A DNA stretch of 63,100 bases, the filler included, from Malassezia furfur (lineage: Eukaryota): the NCBI GenBank assembly GCA_052055015.1. It is 9 parts of 9 records of this genome, joined end to end, with 100 filler letters (N's around TTAATTAATTAA, not from the genome) between each part and the next. Parts side by side here need not be neighbours in the genome. Positions count along the whole stretch, not along the records: positions 49,293 to 56,148 come from JBQJIT010000521.1; positions 56,249 to 63,100 come from JBQJIT010000522.1; 7 more parts are not named here. The stretch is one strand, 5' to 3'. The notes beneath the pieces are model-generated. The model saw only the letters and a list, made by a program, of their open reading frames with translations, did no database searches and was not told where the DNA came from. The position numbers were made by a program, and so were the translations under genes. Numbering within the stretch: the first letter of the stretch is position 1; each line of letters opens with the position of its first letter. Below are positions 53,757 through 63,100 of this stretch, piece by piece.

Positions 53757-54336
53757 CTATCCCGAGCGACTACCGATACGTGCGAGGCCCTCTTCGCCCT
53801 GCTCGGCCTCCTCGACGCCGTCGCCTTGCGTCACGACGCGCAGCACCGACTTTTTGCTCGTTTCCTGGAGCTCGCCGGCGATGACGAGCTCGTCAAAGAT
53901 CTGGTAGGCCTTTTGGAAGTTGAAAATGCTGCATCAGCCATCGACGTACAGGTCGAGCTCGCACACGTTGCCAAAGTAGCGGTCAAGGATCTCCACGTAG
54001 CGGTGGATCACCTCGAGCGCGATCAGCTCGTTGTCGTCCGGCGCGATGCCCGTCACGAAGAAGAGCGACGCGTACCGCCGGTACACAATCTTGGAGTCTG
54101 GGTCAGTGAGCTGGTGTGCGCACCCTTGTATTCAATAAAGTTGCACATGCGCGACTGCATCAGCGGCGCCCCAACGTACCCTGCGCGCGAGCACGAGCTG
54201 CGTCACGTCCTTGACGATCTTCGACTTGCTCTTCTGGCTCATGGTACTGTACCACTTCGACAGGCGCACCTTGCCCTGCCGCGAGATGAGCAGCGCCCAC
54301 TGGATCTGGGGGTGAGTCGGCCCGACGTACTGCCAT
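53757..54336 (-). CDS. APS1: AP-1 adaptor sigma subunit; introns 54306-54330, 54155-54179, 54098-54123, 53929-53949
   Basis: [15 protein letters not shown]...[15 protein letters not shown]...[10 protein letters not shown]...[20 protein letters not shown]. Confidence 0.93.
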
Positions 54337-54378
54337 GGTCGTCGCCTTGGACCCACCTCCACCTGACCGGCGCCGTGG

Positions 54379-56148
54379 ATGCTGCCGCGGCACTCGGGGC
54401 ACACGATGGAAGACGACAGCGTGCGCGCGCGACTGATGCCGCTCGAGACCGAGCGAGAGGGCGATGCACGGTCGCTGTGGCAGCGTCGCGGGATCACGCT
54501 GCTTACCGTCGACCCGTACCTCACCGAGGGCCCCGAAGCGCCCGCGAAGAACGAGCCGGTGCCGCCGCCGCGGTGGTGGACGCGCGAGTTTCTCGTGTAC
54601 TTTGTCGCGCTCTTCACCATCGGGCCGTACATGGTATGGGTACCGATGCGTCTGAGCACGCCCGAAGGCAACCCCAACTTTGACGCATTTGCGCACCGCC
54701 TCGTGCCTGGCTGGATGCTGGGACGCATGCGCGACAACAGCGACTACCAATACCGCCTTTTTCGCAACTACCTGCCGATGATCTTCTTGCTGATGAGCAT
54801 CTATGTGGTGCTCGCATGGAGCGTCAAGGGCGCGGCGCACCTGCTTCGGTGCACGCTCGCCCAGCGCCTCGTCGTGCGCGAAGCGTTGTGGGGTGCGATG
54901 GGCGTGGTTTGTGTCGGCGCGATGCACGGCAGCAATGCGCCCAAGCTGCTTGCGCTTGCGCTCGGCAACTATGCGCTTGCGCGGCAAAGCACGCGCCTGG
55001 TGCCGTGGGCGGCGCGCGCGGCGGTATGGGTGTACAACTGCGCGGTGCTCTTTCTCGTGTTCTACACCGCGGGCGTGCCGTATGCGCGGATTGCGCCCTC
55101 GCTCGCATGGTTGGTACGTGCCCGACTGACCCAGGATGCCTATGCAGGGCTGTTGCCGCGCTGGTACATCAACTACAATTTCTCGATGCTGCGTTTTGTG
55201 TCGTATGCGCTCGACTACCAGTGGGCCGAGGCGCAGACCGCGCAGGAGGCACCGCGCGAGCTGGCGCCGGGCGTGCCCGATGCGCGTACGCGGATGCGGC
55301 AGCACCGCGCGCTGCAGGAGTATGACATGCGCGCGTACCTCTTGTACATATTCTACCCTCCCCTGTTCATCGCCGGCCCGATCATGACCTTTAACGACTT
55401 TGCCGCGCAGCTCCGGCGGCCGCTGCCCGTGCGGGCGACGCGCGTGGTGATGTATGCGGTGCGGTGTGCACTGCTTCTGCTCGCGATGGAGTTTTTGCTG
55501 CACTACATGTACGTCAACGCGATCAAAAACGCACACGCCTGGGCCAACCACACGCCAATGGAGCTGAGCATGATTGGGTTCTGGAACCTGATGTTTGTCT
55601 GGCTCAAGCTGCTCCTTCCCTGGCGCGTGTTCCGGCTGTGGGCGCTGCTGGACGGCGTCGACCCGCCCGAGAACATGATCCGCGCCATGTTCAACAACTA
55701 CTCGGTCATGGGCTTTTGGCGCTCGTGGCACCGCAGCTACAACCTGTGGGTCGTGCGGTATATCTACATCCCGGTGGGCGGCGCACACAACCTGCTTCCC
55801 GCGGTGCTCCTCGTGTTCACCTTTGTGGCCTTGTGGCACGACCTGTCGTTCACGCTGCTCGCGTGGGCATGGCTCATTACGTTGTTCATCGCGCCCGAAG
55901 CCGCGGCGCGCTATGTGCTGCCGAGCCGCACGTACGGTGCGCGGCCGTGGTACCGGCATGTGTGTGCACTCGGCGGCGCACTGAACGTGCTCATGATGAT
56001 CACGGCAAACCTCGTGGGCTTCGTGGTGGGCGTCGACGGGGTCAAGTACCTCTGGTCGCAGCTGGTCCGCAGCCGCGCGGGGATGCTGTTCCTCGCCGAG
56101 GCGATCCCGACGCTGTTTGTCGGCGTCCAGCTCATGTACGTGGTTCCC
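54379..56148 (+). CDS. GUP1: Gup1 MBOAT acyltransferase (3'-partial); in-frame intron 55114-55134
   Basis: WWTREF, DNSDYQYR.FR, YPPLFIAGPIMTFNDF, WLKLLLPWRVFRLW, PPENM, FWRSWHRSYN, FVALWHD. Confidence 0.95.
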
Positions 56149-56248
56149 NNNNNNNNNNNNNNNNNNNNNNNNNNNNNNNNNNNNNNNNNNNNTTAATTAA
56201 TTAANNNNNNNNNNNNNNNNNNNNNNNNNNNNNNNNNNNNNNNNNNNN
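56149..56248. other. Artificial contig spacer
   Basis: N run with TTAATTAATTAA. Confidence 0.99.
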
Positions 56249-58006
56249 CGCGGCTTTTCCGGCGAGGCGCTGGGGGCGGGGGTGCGGTCCTCCTTCTTGA
56301 CCGTCTTTTTGGGTGCGCGGCGCTTGGTCTGGGTAAAGACGTGCGAGGTGGTGGCGGTGGCCTGGCGCGCGTCGTCGGCGAGGATGGCCTCCCACTCCTC
56401 GAGGAAGGTGGTGAGGTCCTCGTCCCAGAGGTTCTGCGGCGAGCGGCCGAGGAGCACCTTGAGCTGGTGCTCGGTTTCGTCGCGCTCCTTGAGCAGGCGC
56501 TCGACTCGCTCGCGCGTCAGCGAGTAGATCGCCATGCCGAGCAGGTAGTCAAAGTCGGCGACGCTGCCCGTCTCGGGCTCCTCTGCCGTGGGCTCTTCTT
56601 CGGCCATGTCGGCGACGCTCGTGGCCTTGGCCTCCTTCTTGGGGAACGGCTGGAACTGGAGATCGCGCAGCTCCTGCACGATCTCGTTCTTCTTGCGGTT
56701 CGACACGCTGAGCTCCTTGGAGATGATCATGCTCACGAAGCGCGCCTGGTTCGACAGCCGGTCGTACACGAGCTTGAGCTCGTCGACGAGGTGCTCCTTG
56801 CGCCGCTGGTAGAAGCCGAGGCGCAGGAAGTAGAAGTCGTCGAGGATCTCGAGCGGCGTCGCGTACTTCTTGATCTTGCCCTCGGGCGAGAAGAGCACCA
56901 TGTTGCCCGTCGAGAGCACGGTCGTGAGCCGGAAGAAGGTCTCGGGGCCGACCTTGTCGATCTCCTCCATGCCGCGCGGGTTGAGCTCCACGACAAAGTG
57001 CACGGTGCGGTCCGTGTGGTACTCCTTGTACTCGCGCACGGTCGCGGGCGTCTTGTCGCTGCCGACCGTGCGCTCCTCGAGCCACTCCTTGTACGTCGTC
57101 GTCCACGTGCGGATCGGCAGCTCCGTGATCTCCCACGTGCGCTCATCGAGCTGCTGCGCGTGGCCCGCGACGCGGTAGCGCCCGGCGGTGGTCGGCTCGA
57201 TGGTGCCGGTGAAGCCGCGGTACCACGGGACCATCGGCACGTACTCCTCGCCGGCCATGCGCCGGCGCAGGTTCGCCACGACGTCGGCCGGGTTGTAGTT
57301 CGGCACAAACGTGCTCCATCCGGTGCCGATGCCCTCGCCGCCGTTGAGCAGCACCTGGGGGACGACCGGCACGTACCACTCCGGCTCGATGCTCTGCCCG
57401 TCGTCGTCGAGGTAGTTGAGCAGCGCATCGTCCTTGGCGTTGAAGAGCGCACGCGTAATGCGCGGCACGGCGGTGAAGATGTAACGCGCACTGGCCGCGT
57501 CCTTGCCGCCCATGGAGCGCGTACCGAACTGGCCGTTGGGCATGAGCATGTTGACGTTGTTGCTCCCGCAGAAGTCCTGCGCAAGGCCGACGATGGTCAT
57601 CACCAGGCTCTGGTCGCCGTGGTGATAGGCGGTGTGCTCCGCGACGTAGCCCTGCAGCTGCTGCACCTTGATTTCGGTCTTGAGGTTGCGCTTGAAGCAG
57701 CCAAACAGCACCTTGCGCTGCCCGGGCTTCAAGCCGTCGACCACCGACGGGATGGAGCGGATGTTGTCGGCCATCGAGAAGAGGATCAGCTCCTTGTTGA
57801 TAAAGTCGGCGATGGGGATCTGGCGGATGCGGTGGTCAAGGTAGGTGCCGGGCACAAACTGGCGCAGCCACTCCTTGCGGTCGTCGGCCTTCTTCTTGTT
57901 GAACGCGAGGTCCACAAGCTCGCGGTCGCCGGGCTTCATCGTCTCGAACGAGAGCATGTGCGTGTCCATGTTGCGGAAGTACTTCTTCATGTCCTCCGCC
58001 TTGGAC

Positions 58007-58038
<32 letters not shown>

Positions 58039-59829
58039 GCCGCGGCCCCCGTCGGCGCTCTCCTTCCAGCGCTCGTACTCGGGCACGGTGAAGAATGCCT
58101 TGACCTCCTGGCCCTTGGTCGCCTTGATGATCGGCGTGATGAACTCCACGAGGAAGTTGGGCAGGCGCAGCAGCGACGGGTAGAAGTGGTCGAGGAAGTT
58201 GATGATCAGGCCCTTGATGTGCGACCCGTCAAAGTCCTGGTCGGTCATGATCATCAGACTGCCGTAGCGCAGCCCATCGACCGAGTCGTAGTGCTTGCCG
58301 TGCTGCAGCCCCAGGATCTCTTTGATGTTTTTGATCTCGGCATTGTTCTTGATCGACTCGTGCGTCGCCTCGCGCACATTGAGCAGCTTGCCGCGCAGCG
58401 GAAACACGCCGTACGCGTCGCGGCCCACCTCGCTCAGACCCGACACGGCGAGCGCCTTGGCCGAGTCACCCTCGGTGAGGATCAGCGTGCACTCGGCGCT
58501 GCGCTTGCCGCCCGCCCAGTTGGCGTCCTCGAGCTTGGCGACCGACACACGCGAGCGCTTGCGCCCGTCGCTGGTCTGCAGCTGGCGGTCCTGGTAGTAC
58601 TGCGCGATGCTCTGCACGTTGTCGATCACGCCCGACTTGAGCATCTTGCGCGCAAAGTCGTCCGGCATCACCCACTTGGAGCCGAACGCCGACGGCTTCA
58701 GCGTGAGCGTCTCCTTGGTCTGGCTGTCGAACGACGGGTTGACAATCTGGCAGTTGACAAAGATCCACAGCTGCTGCCGCACCTGGTTCGCCTTGACCGC
58801 CGTGCCCTTCTTGCCTTTGGACACGTGCTCGAGGATGCGCGCCACGATCTGCTGCTCGACGTGCTCGACGTGCTTGCCGCCCTTGATCGTCGCGATGTTG
58901 TTCACAAACGACACCTGCCGCGCCGTGCCGTCGGACACGGCGAAGCCCACCTCCCACACGCGCCCGTTGTTCTCGCTCTGGTCAAACACCACGGTGGGCT
59001 TCGGGTTCGCCGCGTCCTCGCTCTTGGGGTTGCCGCTGATCTCCTGGATCGCCTGCACGTACATCTCGACGTACTGCTTAAAGTTTTTGATCTTGAGGCG
59101 CTCGCCGTTCAAAAAGACCTTGACGCCTTTGACCGTGCCCGCCATGTCGTACACGCGCTTCATCAGCAGCGCCTCGGTGTCCGCATCGATGCCGTCCATG
59201 TGGAACAGGGCAAGGTCCGGCTTGAAGGTGATGCACGTATACTCTTCCTTGCGCGTGTTCTTCGTGATCTTGGGCTCCGTCTTTTCGTGCATGTGCTGCG
59301 AAAAGACCTGCTTGTACTTGAGCTCGCGCTCGCGGTCCGCTGTCTCGACGATGAACTCGCTCGAGTAGATGTTGGTGAGCTTCGCACCGAAACCGTTGCG
59401 GCCGCCCGTCACCTTGTCTTCGTCGTCGTCGTAGTTCGACGAGGTGAGCAGGTTGCCAAAGATCAGCTCAGGGATGTACACCTGCTCCTTCTCGTGCATC
59501 TCAATCGGGATACCTTTCCCGTTGTTCCACACCGACACGGTGCCCGCGGCGCGGTCGATGGTGACCTTGAGCGTGTCCATGTCGGGGTCGCGCACCTTGT
59601 TGTCGGCCGCATTCACCAGGATCTCGTCAAAGATCTTGTAGAAGCCGGGCACGTACGACGTCTCCCGGTTGACCATCTGCTGCTTCTCGGCGTCAAACAC
59701 CCACATGGTCTCGGTGCGGCGCTCGATGCTGCCGATGTACGTGTCGGGGCGTCGGAGGACGTGCTCCAGCTGGCTCAGCTTCTGGTACGTCTCCGACGCC
59801 GTTTTCGGCACACGCGCTTGGCTCTCCAT
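56249..59829 (-). CDS. TOP2: DNA topoisomerase II (3'-partial); possible upstream in-frame start at 59937
   Basis: YQKLSQLEHVLRRPDTYIGS, EILVNAADN, GGRNGFGAKL, TEGDSA, PLRGK, DQDFDGSHI, YYKGLGTS, ASARY active site. Confidence 0.98.
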
Positions 59830-60004
59830 ACTCAACGGACGCACGCAACTATGCACGCAGGGGGGGACAGGGCGCACCCACAACCAACTCCGAAGAAGAC
59901 GCGCACCAACGAGCGACCAACACCCGCCACGGCGCATAAAAAACACCCCCCTCGCCCCCGCGCGTGTCGGCACGTGATCCCACCGCCCACGGACCCGCCC
60001 AACG

Positions 60005-60985
60005 ATGAGTGCAGAGGACAAGCGCGAGGCACGGCGCAAGCGCATCCTGGAGCGCGGCGGCGACCGCCTCTCACGCATCACGCATACGGGACGCGGCGAA
60101 GGCTACGTCGGCCTTGACGCGACGCCCGTCCAGGCCCCCAAGCACGACGACTCCCCGGAGGTGGGGCCCGATGCCCTGGCGGAAGCGGCCCGCGCCGCCT
60201 CCGCCGCGCCCGCGGGTGCCGACGCCAACGTCACCAAGCGGAGCGGCGACCCGTTCGCAGAGATGATGGCCGCCGTGCAGGGCAAGTCGGCGGGCACGCA
60301 GGACCCGATGGCGCTCATGCAGGAGCTGCTCGGCCGCACGGCGAACGCCGCGAGCGACCCCCACGCGATGCCGAGCGTGCCCGATGTGCCCGCCGCGACG
60401 CTGCGGCGTGCGGAGCGCCTCGACCGGCGCATGCGTCTCGTGCAGTCGACCATCGTCGTGCTGTTCTCGGTGTACATCGTCTTTGGCTCGATCTTTAGTG
60501 AGGCGCCGCCCGGCATCCTGGGCCGCCTCTTCCCCACGGCGGCGGCCGTGCAGGCGCACGAGGCGCACACCTACCGCCGACAGTGGGCCGCGCTTGCGGA
60601 GCAGTTTGTGCCAATCAGCGAGTGGATCAGCGTCGAGGACCCGAGTGTGTTCCCGTGGGGCGCCCTCCGCTCTCCGCTCGACGCGCTGCACCCGTCGCTC
60701 GGCGCGGCGTTGCACCCCGCGAACCTGCCGCGGTGGCCCGTGTTTTGGGTGTTCTTCACCATGGAGGTTGCACTCGTCGGCATGCGCATCGCGATGCAGC
60801 AGCAGCTGCCCGCGGCGCCGCCGACGGGCCTCGGCAGCGTGCTGCGGCTCTGGGCGCCCGGGCTCGTGGAGTTTGTCACGCCGCTGCTGAGCGCCGTGAG
60901 CGTCGCGAGTGCGCTGGTGGACGACCTGTGCATCTTGCTGTTTGCGATCGGCGCTGGCGTGCTGTTTTGCCAGCTGTTTGGATAG
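60005..60985 (+). CDS. Get2/CAML-like ER insertase receptor
   Basis: N-terminal REARRKRILERGGDRLSRIT motif plus three C-terminal hydrophobic segments. Confidence 0.7.
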   Translation: MSAEDKREARRKRILERGGDRLSRITHTGRGEGYVGLDATPVQAPKHDDSPEVGPDALAEAARAASAAPAGADANVTKRSGDPFAEMMAAVQGKSAGTQDPMALMQELLGRTANAASDPHAMPSVPDVPAATLRRAERLDRRMRLVQSTIVVLFSVYIVFGSIFSEAPPGILGRLFPTAAAVQAHEAHTYRRQWAALAEQFVPISEWISVEDPSVFPWGALRSPLDALHPSLGAALHPANLPRWPVFWVFFTMEVALVGMRIAMQQQLPAAPPTGLGSVLRLWAPGLVEFVTPLLSAVSVASALVDDLCILLFAIGAGVLFCQLFG

Positions 60986-60991
60986 CTATGA

Positions 60992-63100
60992 CTAGAGCGA
61001 CCACACCTTGACGCAGCTGTCGCGCGCGCCGGTCACGGCGTAGCGGTCCATGTAGCGCAGACGCTCGGCGGGCGCCGTGTGCCCGTTGAGCGCGAGCGGC
61101 GTGTGCTTTTCGGCGGTGCGGTTGTACATCTGGGTGAGCGTGGTACGTACATCGAGCGCCTGGGCGCCGCACGCCACCAGCACCTTGCGCGAGTCAAACT
61201 GCAGCGCGGTCACAGGGTAGTCATAGTGCAGCGTGTCGACGACGCTGCCCATGCGCAGGTCCCACACACGCACCGTCTTGTCCAGGCTGCCGGACACGAG
61301 GTGCGTCTCGTCAAACTGCAGGCAACTGATCGGCGCCGTGTGGCCCAGCAGCGTGCGGTGCGCCTGGCCCGTGCGCAGGTCCCACAGGCGCACACACCCG
61401 TCGCCGCTGCCGCTCGCCAGCGCGTAGCCCCAGAACTGCACGCCGCCCACAAAGTCCTGGTACATCTCCCAGCTCCCGTCCTCGAACGGGGGCATCGGGT
61501 ACGAAAAGGGGCCGGCAAACTGGCTCGACATGCTCCCCAGCGGATCGACGCCCGGGTCGCCGACCGCCGGCGCAGCCCGCACGCGCTCGTCGATCGTCGC
61601 GTGCGCCCCGGCGTTGGTCATCGCCCAGAGGATGTCCATCGTCAGCACACACTGCCCCGTCTCGAGGTCCCACTGCCGCAGCGTCTTGTCCGCGGCGCCG
61701 GTCACGAGGCACCCGTCGTCAAAGTAGAGCGCCGTGACGCCTTTGCTGTGCCCCTCGAGCGTGCGCACGCACGGGTCGTCGGCGGCGTCGGCGTTGGCGT
61801 CGGCGTCCGCGGGCGCCTCGTCGGCCTGCTCCCGCGCCCGCAGCGCCGCCTCGTAGTCGTCCACGCGCCGCAGGTCCCACAGGCGCAGCGCATGGTCCGA
61901 CGACCCGCTCACACACAGCTCGTCTTCCACCTGCAGGCACTTGACCGCGTCTGTGTGGCCGCGCAGGCGCCCGACCTCTTCGCCGGTCGACAAGTCCCAC
62001 ACCCGCATGTGCGCCTCGCTCGCCGCCGACACCAGCGTGCCGTACGGCTCGGAGAAGTCGAGCGCCGCAATGGGGCCGCTGTGGTGCGCAAGCGACATGA
62101 ACGCGACGCCGTGCGGCAGCTCGTCGTGCTCGCTCGGGAGGAACACGGGCAGCTTGCGCCGTCGGCTCGTGCTCTTGTGCGTGGGCTGCGCCGCATCGGG
62201 CGCGGCCGGCAGCACCGTCCGCGCATCCAAGCCACGCCCGCCGGGCATCGCGCGGCGGAGACGCTGCAGCTCGAGCAGCTCGGCAAGGCCCGCGCCTGGG
62301 TGAGTGGGTGCCACGTACGTTCGTCCTCGAGCTCGAGCTCCTCCTCGCGCACGTCGAGCAGCTTCTGCTGCAGCGACGCCTTGGTCGCCTCGAGCGCCGC
62401 CATCTTGGCATCGACGTGCACCATCTCGGCGTGGTACAGGTTGCGCCGGATCTCGACGTTGCGCAGCTCGTCGGCAATCTCGCGGTGCTGCTGCTCCAGC
62501 TCCCCGAGCGAGAGCAGCTTCTTTTCGGGCGCAGCGAGGCGCCGGCGCCGCTCGTGCCGCGGGCGGTGTGCGTCGTCGTCGTGGCCGCTCGCGATCGCGC
62601 GCACCTTGCGCCGCCGCGTCTTGTTCGCGTGCGCCTGCGGCACGGTCGCCTCAAAGCCGCGCAGCAGCGACACGGGCACCTCGTCGCGCCCGCCCTCGTC
62701 GAGCAGCGAGGTGTCGAGCGCATTCTCCAGGTCGGCCGCCGCCCCCTCGAGGATGCGCTGGCTCTCTTCGAGCACGCCGAGGTCCATCGACGTGACGGGC
62801 GCACGCGCAGGCGCGCCGCTGCGCGCGCCCTTGCCGAGCCCACTGAACTGCAGCAGCGAGTGGCTGATGCGCGCCAAGCTTCGTGCGGGGTGCTCCATCG
62901 AGAAGCGGGGCGCGAGCAGCAGCGTCGCACGCTGCAGGGGGTACGGGTCGCGCGTGCTCGACAGCTGGCCGGCCTGCAAGCTCACCTTGGCCAGCGCATT
63001 CACCATACTCGGCGTCAACAGGTGCGGCGCCATCTCGGCCAGCAGCCGGTTCGGCTCGCCGAGGTGCCGGGCGGTGTCGGCGTCGGTGCGCGGCGCCGAG
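60992..63100 (-). CDS. MDV1: Mitochondrial fission adaptor Mdv1/Caf4 (5'-partial); introns 62296-62318, 61130-61150
   Basis: VSLLRGFEAT, coiled coil, ALDFSEPYGTLVSA, WD40 repeats, QWDLETGQCVLTMDILWA. Confidence 0.92.

Noticed and set aside
56341..60117. Very long antisense or alternative-frame ORFs (also 7612-10056, 21374-23644, 2439-4538 portion)
   Set aside because: Shadow ORFs expected from high GC3 codon bias opposite real genes; no recognisable domains

Overview
Eukaryotic, not prokaryotic: a very gene-dense, high-GC (about 65-70%) basidiomycete yeast genome, most consistent with Malassezia (inference from gene content, compaction and intron style). The window is nine separate ~6.9-7.1 kb contigs in descending length order, joined by artificial 100-nt N/TTAATTAATTAA/N spacers, so adjacency across spacers means nothing. 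About 44 mostly housekeeping genes can be rebuilt once more than 50 tiny GT-AG introns (mostly 21-29 nt, GTACGT...CTRAC/CTCAC-N-CAG) are removed. Main observations: (1) two apparent mitochondrial tandem polyproteins, Mzm1-bL31m(MrpL36) and Coq8-Oxld1(YPL107W-like), each with an internal presequence-like linker, the second gated by a 23-nt stop-containing intron; (2) a Tom1/HUWE1 gene that stops before its HECT domain (candidate gene fission); (3) a ~470 bp 18% GC island that looks like a Malassezia centromere core, with intron length falling away from it; (4) introns down to 21 nt; (5) micro bidirectional promoters carrying CACGTG; (6) a possible mitochondrial Top2 isoform. All homology calls come from motif recognition, not database searches.
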